Positions 48,314 to 56,613 of a stretch of 64,000 bases of DNA are shown here, one piece after another. The position numbers were made by a program, and so were the translations under genes. The number at the start of each line of letters is the position of its first letter. The first letter of the stretch is position 1. Origin of the DNA: Fibrobacterota bacterium (GTDB taxonomy: Bacteria > Fibrobacterota > Fibrobacteria > UBA11236); contig JAEKLQ010000037.1 of assembly GCA_019509785.1 (NCBI GenBank), forward strand, positions 3,324-67,323, given 5' to 3'. The notes below the pieces were generated by a model. It was not told where the DNA came from. It did no database searches and saw only the letters and a list, made by a program, of their open reading frames with translations.

Positions 48314-48404
48314 AGAGGGTATAGGGTTAAGGGTATAGGGTACAGGGTTAAGAAAGCGGATATTCGGTTTTCCCATACCCTTAACCCTGTACCCTATACC
48401 CTTC
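48314..48404. repeat. AGGGTNN-heptamer palindromic intergenic element, copy 3 (pgk-tpiA spacer)
   Basis: Positions 48331-48352 (GGGTATAGGGTACAGGGTTAAG) and 48380-48401 (CTTAACCCTGTACCCTATACCC) are perfectly complementary over 22 bp with a 27-nt spacer. The G-arm has five GGG tracts on a 7-nt period. Confidence 0.85.
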
Positions 48405-48446
48405 CCCCTAACGAAGATCAGACCACACCGAGGTATCGAGGTATTA

Positions 48447-49208
48447 ATGCGCAAGAAAATCATCGTCGGCAACTGGAAGATGAACAAGAACGTGGAAGAG
48501 TCCGCCAAGCTCGCCACCGAACTGGTGGCCGCCGTTAAAGGCCAGGCCTTCGCGGAAAAGGTTGAGATCGGCATAGCGCCCACCTTTCTGGCGCTCGATC
48601 GCGTCGCCGGCATCCTCAAGGGCTCGCCCATTAAGCTGGCCGCCCAAGACGTCCACTTCGAGAACCAGGGCGCCTTCACCAGCAAGGTTTCCGTGGACAT
48701 GCTCAAGTCCCTCGGGGTAACCCACGTGATACTGGGCCATTCCGAACCCCGCACCCTGTTCGGCGAAACCGATGCCGCCGTCAACAAGAAGACCCTCAAG
48801 GTCCTGGCCGAAGGGCTTACGCCCATCGTCTGCGTGGGCGAAACCTTGGCCGAGCGCGAATCCAACGTCACCGAGAAAGTGGTCGGAACGCAGGTGCGGG
48901 CCGCCTACCAGGGCGTATCCGCGGCCGATGCTGCCAAAACCGTCATCGCCTACGAGCCTGTCTGGGCCATCGGCACCGGGCGCAATGCCAGCGATGACCA
49001 GGCCCAGGCCGTGCACAAGTTCATCCGCGGCCTGCTGTCCGAAATGTATGGTTCCCCGACGGCCGAAGCGATCCGCATCCAATACGGCGGCAGCATGAAG
49101 CCGGAAAACGCCGCGGGACTTCTGAAGCAGCCCGACGTGGATGGCGGGTTGATCGGCGGCGCCGCCTTGAAGGCGGATGCCTTTTTAGGTATTATAAGGG
49201 CCGCTTAA
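48447..49208 (+). CDS. tpiA: Triosephosphate isomerase
   Basis: IVGNWKMN, ILGHSE, AYEPVWAIGTG and GGLIGGAALK. Confidence 0.95.
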   Translation: MRKKIIVGNWKMNKNVEESAKLATELVAAVKGQAFAEKVEIGIAPTFLALDRVAGILKGSPIKLAAQDVHFENQGAFTSKVSVDMLKSLGVTHVILGHSEPRTLFGETDAAVNKKTLKVLAEGLTPIVCVGETLAERESNVTEKVVGTQVRAAYQGVSAADAAKTVIAYEPVWAIGTGRNASDDQAQAVHKFIRGLLSEMYGSPTAEAIRIQYGGSMKPENAAGLLKQPDVDGGLIGGAALKADAFLGIIRAA

Positions 49209-49222
49209 AACCGGTTGGAAAT

Positions 49223-49660
49223 ATGAATCATTGGGCCTTCGTAGCATTGATTGTACTGCACGTCTTCGTGTGCCTCCTCTTGGTCCTGCTCGTTCTGGTG
49301 CAGAACGACAAGGGCGGGGGATTGGCGGGAGCTTTCGGCGGAATGGGCGGCAGCGCCGCTTTCAGCGGCAGCTCGGCTTCGACCTTCCTGACCACCTTGA
49401 CGCGCTATGTCGCCTTGGCCAGCTTCATCATCCTTCTCGGTCTCAATTACATGTCCACCCGGGGCATCGAATCGGGCCGTCGCGAGTCCGAGCTGAAAGG
49501 CTCCCATCGCGGCTTGTCGAGCATTTTGCCCTCGACCGGCGCTGGCCCTTCGAGCGGCAATGGGCAAGGGCCGGTCAACGCCATCCCGGGGTTGGGAACC
49601 GGGCCCGCGGCGCCTGAAAAGGCTCCGGCGAACGGCGCGGCTCCGGCCAAGGGACACTAA
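49223..49660 (+). CDS. secG: Preprotein translocase subunit SecG with a Gly/Pro/Ala-rich C-terminal extension
   Basis: VLHVFVCLLLVLLVLVQNDKGGGLAGAFGG is the SecG signature, and a second TM helix follows. Position after tpiA and before tRNA-Leu is typical for secG. Confidence 0.8.
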   Translation: MNHWAFVALIVLHVFVCLLLVLLVLVQNDKGGGLAGAFGGMGGSAAFSGSSASTFLTTLTRYVALASFIILLGLNYMSTRGIESGRRESELKGSHRGLSSILPSTGAGPSSGNGQGPVNAIPGLGTGPAAPEKAPANGAAPAKGH

Positions 49661-49731
49661 GAAACTCGCCGCCATGGCAACGGGAGGATACCTCAATCCG
49701 CCCGCAGCCCAGGCGGCACATTGCGGAAATC

Positions 49732-49815
49732 GCGGTTGTGGTGAAATTGGTAGACACGCCAGCTTGAGGTGCTGGTGGGGGCAACCCCTTCGCGGTTCAA
49801 GTCCGCGCAACCGCA
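49732..49815 (+). tRNA. leuU: tRNA-Leu (anticodon GAG), long variable arm, no encoded CCA
   Basis: Hand-folded cloverleaf. Acceptor stem GCGGTTG/CAACCGC plus discriminator A. D-arm GTG-AAATTGGTAGA-CAC. Anticodon stem CCAGC/GCTGG with loop TTGAGGT. 15-nt variable arm with GGGG/CCCC. T-arm CGCGG-TTCAAGT-CCGCG. Confidence 0.9.
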
Positions 49816-49875
49816 GTTATCTTCTCCCTCCTTCGCGCCCATCGAACCTCGCCGGCGTTCCTTCCTGAGGGGCTC

Positions 49876-50733
49876 ATGTTCTTCCGCCTCCTTTATTTGG
49901 TCCCCAAGAATTGGCTCAGTTCCTTCGTCGGGGCCCTCGTACGGGCCCGCTACCCCTTCGGCCTGCATACCGCGATCCGGGACTGGTTCATCCGCTTCTA
50001 CCGGATCGAAACCGCCGAAGCCGAGTTCCCCGTCGATCGCTATCCCACCATGGGGGAATTTTTCGTCCGCCGCCTCAAGCCCGGGGCCCGGTCCATCGCG
50101 CCCGACGCTCTCGTCTCTCCCGTTGACGGTACTTTGACCCAAGCCGGCCGCTTCGATCCCGAGCGGCCGAAACTCAAGCAGATCAAAGGCATCGACTACG
50201 CCTTGGCCGATTTAATCGGGCCCGGCTGGGATCTTCCGGAATACGCCCAAGGCGGCTTCCTGACCATCTATCTTGCCCCCTACAACTACCATCGCATCCA
50301 TGCGCCCATAGCGGGCCAGGTCACCCGGTGCGCGCATATTCCCGGCGCCTTATGGCCGGTCAATACCTGGAGCGTCTCGCATATCCCCGGCCTTTTCGTC
50401 GCCAACGAGCGGGTTATCGTCGAGTTGGAAGGGGAAACCGGAAAAGCGCTGGTGGTCATGGTGGGCGCCACCAACGTCGGCCGCATCACCCTGGATTTCC
50501 ATCCGGGCATGATCGGCAACCCACGGCCCCTCCGCAGCGCTTCCCATTGGGCTCCACCCACCCCACTACGATTGGCCAAGGGCGAAGGCCTGGGATGCTT
50601 CGAGCTGGGATCCACCGTCATCCTCATCCTCTCGCGCGCGCTCGCAAGCAAGACGGGGGCTCGTTGGTTCGACGTCGCTTCCCGGGGCGTCGCCGGCGAA
50701 GCCATCCGCATGGGCCAGGGGCTGGGGTCTTGA
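49876..50733 (+). CDS. psd: Phosphatidylserine decarboxylase proenzyme
   Basis: YNYHRIHAP and the self-cleavage motif FELGSTVIL near the C-terminus. Confidence 0.9.
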   Translation: MFFRLLYLVPKNWLSSFVGALVRARYPFGLHTAIRDWFIRFYRIETAEAEFPVDRYPTMGEFFVRRLKPGARSIAPDALVSPVDGTLTQAGRFDPERPKLKQIKGIDYALADLIGPGWDLPEYAQGGFLTIYLAPYNYHRIHAPIAGQVTRCAHIPGALWPVNTWSVSHIPGLFVANERVIVELEGETGKALVVMVGATNVGRITLDFHPGMIGNPRPLRSASHWAPPTPLRLAKGEGLGCFELGSTVILILSRALASKTGARWFDVASRGVAGEAIRMGQGLGS

Positions 50734-50734
50734 G

Positions 50735-51586
50735 TTGGCCAACTGGGTCGAGCGCAACCAAGCCCATCTCTCGAATCTTCGCGCTTACGTAGAAGGCTTC
50801 CAAGGCCGCGCGCCGTCGCCCTTCGCTTGGTTCGAAGGGGGAACGAAGGCGCAATTCCCATTCAGCCCCGGATCGGATCGGGGCGCGGCAATGCTGCTCA
50901 GCTTCTGCGCATTGTACCAGGGGATTTCCGAGGCCGCGCTCATGGCCCTGCTGGCGCGCCTCTGGCGCGAATACGGGATCGATTTCCTGAGACTGAACAA
51001 GCTCAACTTCGAAGAGTTGCAAGAGCGCATCGAAGGCCAACGCGGCTTGGGGAACTGGGCCATCCGCAAACAAGCCCCGGGTATCCTCCGCAGCGTGTGC
51101 GATTTTTTCTTCCGGCACGGGAGCCCCGTGGCATGGGTCCGGAGCGTGGGGGACGGCGAAGAATGCGTCCGCATCCTTTGCGAAGAGATCTTCCTGATGG
51201 GGAAGACTTCCCTTTTCAAATCCAAGGCGCGCTATTTCATTTGGCTGCTCACCCAATTGCCCGATGCTCACGCCGAATCCTTCTGGACGGAAAAAACCTT
51301 GCTCCCGATCACGACGGGCCACATTCGCTTCTTGCGCGAGTTCGGCCCCTTGAAAGAGCGCCAATCGGTTCCCTGGCGCGGTCCTGAGGAGAAGCTCGAC
51401 TATCTGAACCGGTTCTTCAGGTTGCTCTCTCCGCAAGCGCCCTGGTCCGTCTATGTCCCTCTCGATGCCTACCTCAAGGCTGCGGATCCGAAACGAACGC
51501 CGCCGCAATGGGAGTGCCGCGAGGCTTTGGGAGGATGCATACGATGCCCGCTGGCGCCGCTCTGCCCTGGCCGTGAGGAGTTTTGA
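50735..51586 (+). CDS. Hypothetical protein with a C-terminal endonuclease III-type [4Fe-4S] cluster-loop motif (C-x6-C-x2-C-x5-C)
   Basis: CREALGGCIRCPLAPLC at 51515-51565 lies 7 residues from the C-terminus. I could not identify a canonical HhH-GPD motif by eye. The TTG start at 50735 is uncertain; internal ATG starts are possible. Confidence 0.5.
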   Translation: MANWVERNQAHLSNLRAYVEGFQGRAPSPFAWFEGGTKAQFPFSPGSDRGAAMLLSFCALYQGISEAALMALLARLWREYGIDFLRLNKLNFEELQERIEGQRGLGNWAIRKQAPGILRSVCDFFFRHGSPVAWVRSVGDGEECVRILCEEIFLMGKTSLFKSKARYFIWLLTQLPDAHAESFWTEKTLLPITTGHIRFLREFGPLKERQSVPWRGPEEKLDYLNRFFRLLSPQAPWSVYVPLDAYLKAADPKRTPPQWECREALGGCIRCPLAPLCPGREEF

Positions 51587-51629
51587 GGTGAAGGTTGCTA
51601 CAAACGCCGAAAGGACATTGCGGTCATCC

Positions 51630-52472
51630 ATGATCCATTCCTTGGCATTACGCCTGTGCGCGCTTTCCGTACTCCCGATATTGGCGGGATGCCTGTGGCC
51701 CCAACCCGCCGCCGCTCCCAAGCCCTTATCGCAAAGACTGACCTGGTGCGGCCGGCAAGCCGGGCTAATCCTGGACTCGGTCCCGTCCGATACCGGCAAT
51801 CCCTCGGCCTGCATCCGCATTCAACGTTTGGAATTCCCGGGAGCGACTACGCCATTCCGGATGGAATTGCGCCAGTACCGGGATCCGGTCCGGGCCTTCG
51901 TCGCATGGGAGGGCTTAGCCTTACAAACCCGGCCGCAAGAGGGATGCGTTCGGATCGGATCCCGGTGGGCCTTCATCCATGCCGCCTACGTGGGATTGAC
52001 GGATTCCTCGGCGGGCGAATTATATCCAGAGGAATTCCGGGAACGGCTGGCCGCCGCCGATGAACCTGCCATCCTGTTTCCGGAGCAATTCAAAGCCTTC
52101 CCCCTGCTGGGCCGAATTCCGGGCAGCGAGCGGATTTCCATGAAGGATTTCCTAGGCGGGCCCTGGAGCGGTCCGGTCTTCTCGGTCGGATATCCCTGCC
52201 ATGGGGACACGGCCATTGCCTTCCGCGCCTCGGCTCGCGATGCGGCCTCCTTGGCTGGCTGGATGAATCCTTGGAAATTCTCCGCGCCCGGCCGGGCGGC
52301 CGATTTCACCCTGGAAAAGCGCTACCAGGGGGAAGATGAATTCGGGCGGCCCATGATTCTCAGGGCATTTTCGGACGGAATATTGGGAATTTCGGGTTGC
52401 TATGATTCCGATTTAGGCCAGGAATATGCTGAAAAAATGCGAAAAATGCAGGTTTTTTGGCATGACCCTTGA
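51630..52472 (+). CDS. Hypothetical lipoprotein
   Basis: MIHSLALRLCALSVLPILAGC|LW carries a canonical lipobox. The ATG at 51630 lies 43 nt after the upstream stop. Confidence 0.6.
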   Translation: MIHSLALRLCALSVLPILAGCLWPQPAAAPKPLSQRLTWCGRQAGLILDSVPSDTGNPSACIRIQRLEFPGATTPFRMELRQYRDPVRAFVAWEGLALQTRPQEGCVRIGSRWAFIHAAYVGLTDSSAGELYPEEFRERLAAADEPAILFPEQFKAFPLLGRIPGSERISMKDFLGGPWSGPVFSVGYPCHGDTAIAFRASARDAASLAGWMNPWKFSAPGRAADFTLEKRYQGEDEFGRPMILRAFSDGILGISGCYDSDLGQEYAEKMRKMQVFWHDP

Positions 52473-52576
52473 ATTTCGTCAAAAAATCGGAATTCGAATT
52501 GACATTTGCCCCTTTTTGTTGCAATTTACAGGATCGAAGGGCAATTTACGCCACTTTCAGCATCGGAGGTCGTCCC

Positions 52577-52762
52577 ATGAGCACCATCCAAGCCTTGGAA
52601 AACGAAATCGGATTACTCAAGGAAGAATACGAGAAATTCGAGCGCGGCAATAAATCCGCGGGAACGAGAGCGCGGAAAATCCTGCAGAACATCAAGCGTC
52701 TGTCCCAGGAAATCCGCGTGACCATTCAGACCGTCAAGAAGACCGAAGATAAGCCGAGCTAA
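52577..52762 (+). CDS. Small basic 'histone H1-like' DNA-binding protein of the type annotated in Bacteroidetes (61 aa)
   Basis: MSTIQALENEIGLLKEEYEKFERGNKSAGTRARKILQNIKRLSQEIRVTIQ contains the core GN-K-[AS]-AGTR-[AV]-RK..Q..K....E.R that I recall from such proteins. GGAGG lies 7 nt upstream of the ATG. The N-terminal extension in the ORF track (from 52469) was not used. Confidence 0.6.
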   Translation: MSTIQALENEIGLLKEEYEKFERGNKSAGTRARKILQNIKRLSQEIRVTIQTVKKTEDKPS

Positions 52763-52813
52763 GGCTTCTTCCTCTTCCTAGTCCCCTTTCGAGTCAGGAC
52801 GACTTCTTTAAAT

Positions 52814-52846
52814 CCGGTGGCCCCCAAGGGTTTCCGGGTTTTTTTT
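52814..52846 (+). terminator. Rho-independent terminator after the histone-like gene
   Basis: CCGGTGGCCC-CCAA-GGGTTTCCGG forms an imperfect 10-bp stem with G-U pairs, followed by T8 (52839-52846). Confidence 0.55.
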
Positions 52847-52927
52847 GTTCAAAATTCTTCGCGACCCGGGGATTGGGCCGTGATCGCATGTCTCGCCTTA
52901 TTTCGCGGGAAAGAACCGAAAATCGGA

Positions 52928-53809
52928 TTAATCGGCTTTAGCGGTTGGATCGAGAGCATCCCGCAAGCTGTCCCCCAGGAAATTCATGCAGAGAAGGCAG
53001 ATCGTCAAGGTCAGGCCGGGAAATAGCAGGACCCACCAAGCCGTGTCCATATAATCCTTCCCATCCGCGATGAGCACCCCCCAGGTGCAGGACGAGACGC
53101 TCAGGCCCAGAAAGCTTAAGAACGCCTCTTGCAGGATAACCGAGGGCACGGTCAAGGTAGCGTAAACTATCACGACTCCGAGCACGTTGGGGATGATGTG
53201 GCGCACGATGATGCGCAGATTGCCGACTCCCAGGGTGCGCGCGGCCAGTATGAACTCCTCGTTCTTCAAGGCCAGCACCTGGCCGCGCACGATGCGAGCC
53301 ACCGTCAGCCATTGCACCAACCCCAGGGCCACGAAGAGCACGTAGATGTTCTTCCCGAATTGGAAAATCAGGATGATGACGAGGAACATGTAGGGCAGGG
53401 AATAGAGGATATCCACGATCCGCATCATGAACAGGTCGAGTTTTTCATTGAAAAATCCCGAGACGCAACCGTAGAAGGTGCCGAATACGATGCTGACCAG
53501 GGTTCCCAGGATGCCGATGGCCAGGGACAACTGGCCGCCTTTGAGGACCCGGGCCAGAAGATCACGACCCAGATGATCGGTTCCCATGGGATGGGCCCAA
53601 GTAGGGGCGGCGAGTTGCATCGCCAGGACCTGCTTTTCGTAATGGGGTAGAAACGATGGGCCGATGAAGACGGCCAGGGTGAGCAGAGCCAAAGCGATGG
53701 ATGCGCCGACCGCGCGCTTGTCCTTCAGCAGCTTGCCAAGGGCCAAGGCCCCGGGCGAAGGCCCTTTGATCGGGCGCGGGACGGAAATCGGGGAAGCTGT
53801 CGCGGTCAT
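52928..53809 (-). CDS. Oligopeptide/dipeptide ABC transporter permease (OppC/DppC-like)
   Basis: Six hydrophobic segments. EAA-loop AARTLGVGNLRIIVRHIIPN. Confidence 0.9.
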   Translation of the reverse strand: MTATASPISVPRPIKGPSPGALALGKLLKDKRAVGASIALALLTLAVFIGPSFLPHYEKQVLAMQLAAPTWAHPMGTDHLGRDLLARVLKGGQLSLAIGILGTLVSIVFGTFYGCVSGFFNEKLDLFMMRIVDILYSLPYMFLVIILIFQFGKNIYVLFVALGLVQWLTVARIVRGQVLALKNEEFILAARTLGVGNLRIIVRHIIPNVLGVVIVYATLTVPSVILQEAFLSFLGLSVSSCTWGVLIADGKDYMDTAWWVLLFPGLTLTICLLCMNFLGDSLRDALDPTAKAD

Positions 53810-53816
53810 GGGTTCC

Positions 53817-54737
53817 TCATTGCAGGCGGATGCGCGGATCGATGAGGGTGAGCACGATGTCGGCGAGCAGGTTGAGGAAGAGCAGGAACAACGAATAGAT
53901 GATGATCACACCGAGCGCGAGGGGGAAATCCCGTTGGAAGACCGATTCGACGAAGTAGCGGCCCATGCCGGGAATGTTGAAGATGCGTTCCACCACCAGG
54001 GTGCCGGTAAGGATATATGCGGCGGCGGGAGCCAGATAGTTGATCACCGGCAATATGCTATTGCGTAGAAGGTGCTTCCATAACACGCGTCCTTCCGGCA
54101 GGCCTTTGGCCCTTGCCGTACGGATGTAATCCTTGTTGAGGTTCTCCATGAAGCTGCCGCGGGCGATGCGGGTGATATAAGCGATGTAGGCGAAGCTCAG
54201 CGTAATGATGGGAAGGATCTTGCTGTCCCAACCGGACCATCCCGCCACGGGGGTGACGCGCCAATGCAAGGAGAAGAGCAATTGCAGCAGGGATCCGAGC
54301 ACGAAGCTGGGAATGGCGATGCCGAGCATGGCGAAGGAAAGCACCAGGCCTTCGAACCAGCGGCCCCGGAACAACGCCGAGAGTAGGCCGGCGGCCAATC
54401 CCGCGGCCACCGCGATCAGGAGCGCGCAGGCCCCCAATTCCAGCGATACCGGAAGGGCTTCGCCGAGGATTTCCAGAACGGTCGAATTGCGGTGGGAATA
54501 GGAATAGCGGAAATCCCCGTGGAAGAGGATGCCTTGTAGGTATTGCCAATAGGTGAAGTCGTACTTGCGGTGAAGCTCGGCCAGCACTTCGGGGGAGGGG
54601 TTGCGCTCGGTTTGGAAAGGCTTGCCCGGGGCGGCCTTCATGATCGCGTAAGAAAGGCTGATGATGATGATCAGGGTGAGCGCATTCAACAATACGCGCA
54701 CGCCGATACGGCGCAGATAGGCCGGGCTGAAGGTCAT
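53817..54737 (-). CDS. Oligopeptide/dipeptide ABC transporter permease (OppB/DppB-like)
   Basis: MTFSPAYLRRIGVRVLLNALTLIII.. and the EAA-loop YIRTARAKGLPEGRVLWKHLLRNSILPVI. Confidence 0.9.
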   Translation of the reverse strand: MTFSPAYLRRIGVRVLLNALTLIIIISLSYAIMKAAPGKPFQTERNPSPEVLAELHRKYDFTYWQYLQGILFHGDFRYSYSHRNSTVLEILGEALPVSLELGACALLIAVAAGLAAGLLSALFRGRWFEGLVLSFAMLGIAIPSFVLGSLLQLLFSLHWRVTPVAGWSGWDSKILPIITLSFAYIAYITRIARGSFMENLNKDYIRTARAKGLPEGRVLWKHLLRNSILPVINYLAPAAAYILTGTLVVERIFNIPGMGRYFVESVFQRDFPLALGVIIIYSLFLLFLNLLADIVLTLIDPRIRLQ

Positions 54738-54738
54738 C

Positions 54739-56307
54739 TCATGGCGCCAGGTAGATGTCTTTCCAGCAATACTGCCCGAGGGGGTTGAGAATGGCGTTCT
54801 GCAACTTGGGGCTACGCATTTCCTGCAGGCTGTAATAATAGATAGGGATGACCGGCATGCGATCCATCAAAATGGCTTCAGCCTCTTTCAGTTTGGCCAT
54901 GCGCTTGTCCGGATCGGCCAAGGTCCAGCTTTCCTTCACCGTTTTGTCGTAGGCCGGATCGCTGAAACCCGCGCGGTTGTTCCCGTCCGAGGTCGTGTAG
55001 AGCTCGAGGAAGGAAATGGGATCGGCGAAATCCCCGATCCAGGAGGCTCGGGCGGTGGAGCGATAGTCCAGGTTCTTGGTGTTTTCCAGGTAGACCTTCC
55101 ATTCGTAATTCACCAACTCGGCGTCCAGCCCCAAGTTTTCCTTCCACATCCGGCTGATCACCTGGGCGATGTCGCGATGGGCCTTCGCGGTATTATAAAG
55201 GATCTGAAGGTTGGGCGGCGGCTTTCCCGGGCCGAATCCCGCCTTGATCAGGAACTCCTTCGCCTTGGCGGGATCATAAAGGTCCAATCCTACGCCGGTG
55301 TAGCCCGGGGTAGGGGGGACGAATCCCGTGGCCGGGCGCACCACTCCCTTCAGGATGCGATCGACGACGACCTTCCGATCGATGGCATAGGAGAGGGCCT
55401 TGCGCAAATCGGCGTTGTCGTATCCGGGGTTCTTGCAGTTTATGAGGTAGTAATAGGTACCGAACATGGGCTCATTGAAGAATTCCGGCAGCTTCTTGGC
55501 GGTTTCCAACTTGCTCGGGGGCACGCTGAAGAGCCAATCGACCTCGCCGTTCTGGAACATGTTCCAGGCGGTTTGCTGATCCTCGACCGGATTGAAGGCC
55601 AGGGCCGCTTGTTTTACGTTGGCGGCATCCCAGTAATTGGGATTCTTCTCCGCGAGCACTTCCACGTTGTGTTTCCATGCGACCAGGCGGAAGGGGCCGC
55701 TTCCCACCAGATGACCGGGCAGGGTCCATTTATCCTGATACTTCGCGATGGTATCCACCGGAACCGCCGAGAATGGCTCGAAAGCGCACAGATCCAGGAA
55801 GAAGCCGACAGGGAAGAGCAATTGCACCGTGAAGGTCGTATCGTCCGGGGCGGCGATGCCGAGGGAATCGGGAGGCAGCTTCTTCTCGCGAACCGCGTCC
55901 GCATTGCGGATGATCTTCATCAGGGTGATGTATTCGCTACCCGTGGCCGGGTTCGCGAAGCGCCGCCAGGACTTGAGGAAGTCCCGCGCCGTGAGCGGCG
56001 AACCATCCGACCATTTCGCCCCGGAACGCAGGTGGAAGGTATAGCCTTTCCCATCGGGGGAGACTTCCCATGACTTCGCGGCGCCGGGCCGGACTTGATG
56101 ATCCTTGAGGCCGCGCACGACCAGGCCTTCGAAGAGAGTGCCGGCTACCCGGATTTCCGGAGCCCCTGTCATCGCATGCGGATCGAGGGTCGCGGGCTCG
56201 GCGCCGTTGGCGATGGCCAGCGGGCGAGGGCCTTTCCCCGAGCCGCTATGGCAGGCGATGAGGAAGATCGCCGGAATCATGAAAAAAGCGCGTGCGGACT
56301 TGTGCAT
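54739..56307 (-). CDS. ABC transporter substrate-binding lipoprotein, family 5 (OppA/DppA-like)
   Basis: Lipobox FLIAC|HSG. 522 aa. The segments PATLDPH, WSDGSPLTA and NPNYWD are typical of SBP family 5. Confidence 0.9.
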   Translation of the reverse strand: MHKSARAFFMIPAIFLIACHSGSGKGPRPLAIANGAEPATLDPHAMTGAPEIRVAGTLFEGLVVRGLKDHQVRPGAAKSWEVSPDGKGYTFHLRSGAKWSDGSPLTARDFLKSWRRFANPATGSEYITLMKIIRNADAVREKKLPPDSLGIAAPDDTTFTVQLLFPVGFFLDLCAFEPFSAVPVDTIAKYQDKWTLPGHLVGSGPFRLVAWKHNVEVLAEKNPNYWDAANVKQAALAFNPVEDQQTAWNMFQNGEVDWLFSVPPSKLETAKKLPEFFNEPMFGTYYYLINCKNPGYDNADLRKALSYAIDRKVVVDRILKGVVRPATGFVPPTPGYTGVGLDLYDPAKAKEFLIKAGFGPGKPPPNLQILYNTAKAHRDIAQVISRMWKENLGLDAELVNYEWKVYLENTKNLDYRSTARASWIGDFADPISFLELYTTSDGNNRAGFSDPAYDKTVKESWTLADPDKRMAKLKEAEAILMDRMPVIPIYYYSLQEMRSPKLQNAILNPLGQYCWKDIYLAP

Positions 56308-56505
56308 TTTGCCTATCTTTCCGGAAGTGGTTCGGCCGGCGCACCGGACTGTCTTTTGAGCGCCGGCAACCAGGGATTTCCATCGGCTTTTGTCAGGAAG
56401 AAGAATCGTCTTTTGCGTCTCGATCGTCCTGATCCTTGCGGGGATCTTCAGTGCGTTTCGCTTGCCGTTTTAGCCGGCGAACCGCCCAAATTTATTAAAA
56501 TCGGA

Positions 56506-56534
56506 TTGACTTGTCCGGGTCTTGAGGATAACTT
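56506..56534 (+). promoter_or_regulatory. Candidate sigma-70-type promoter (TTGACT-N17-TAACTT) upstream of the OmpA-like/TPR gene cluster
   Basis: Pattern match only, located about 80 nt upstream of the ATG at 56614 in a relatively AT-rich 305-bp divergent spacer. Confidence 0.25.
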
Positions 56535-56613
56535 GATGCGGGACGAAGAAGACCGCGGGCAATTTTCCTGCCGTGCGTGTGCCACTTTAGGAACCAAATA
56601 GGGACATATCCAT

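Noticed and set aside
52469-52576. N-terminal 36-aa extension of the histone-like ORF (MNFVKKSEFELTFAPFCCNLQ...)
   Set aside because: The extension overlaps the upstream gene's stop and has no RBS. The internal ATG at 52577 has GGAGG at the proper distance and yields the ~60-aa size typical of this protein type.
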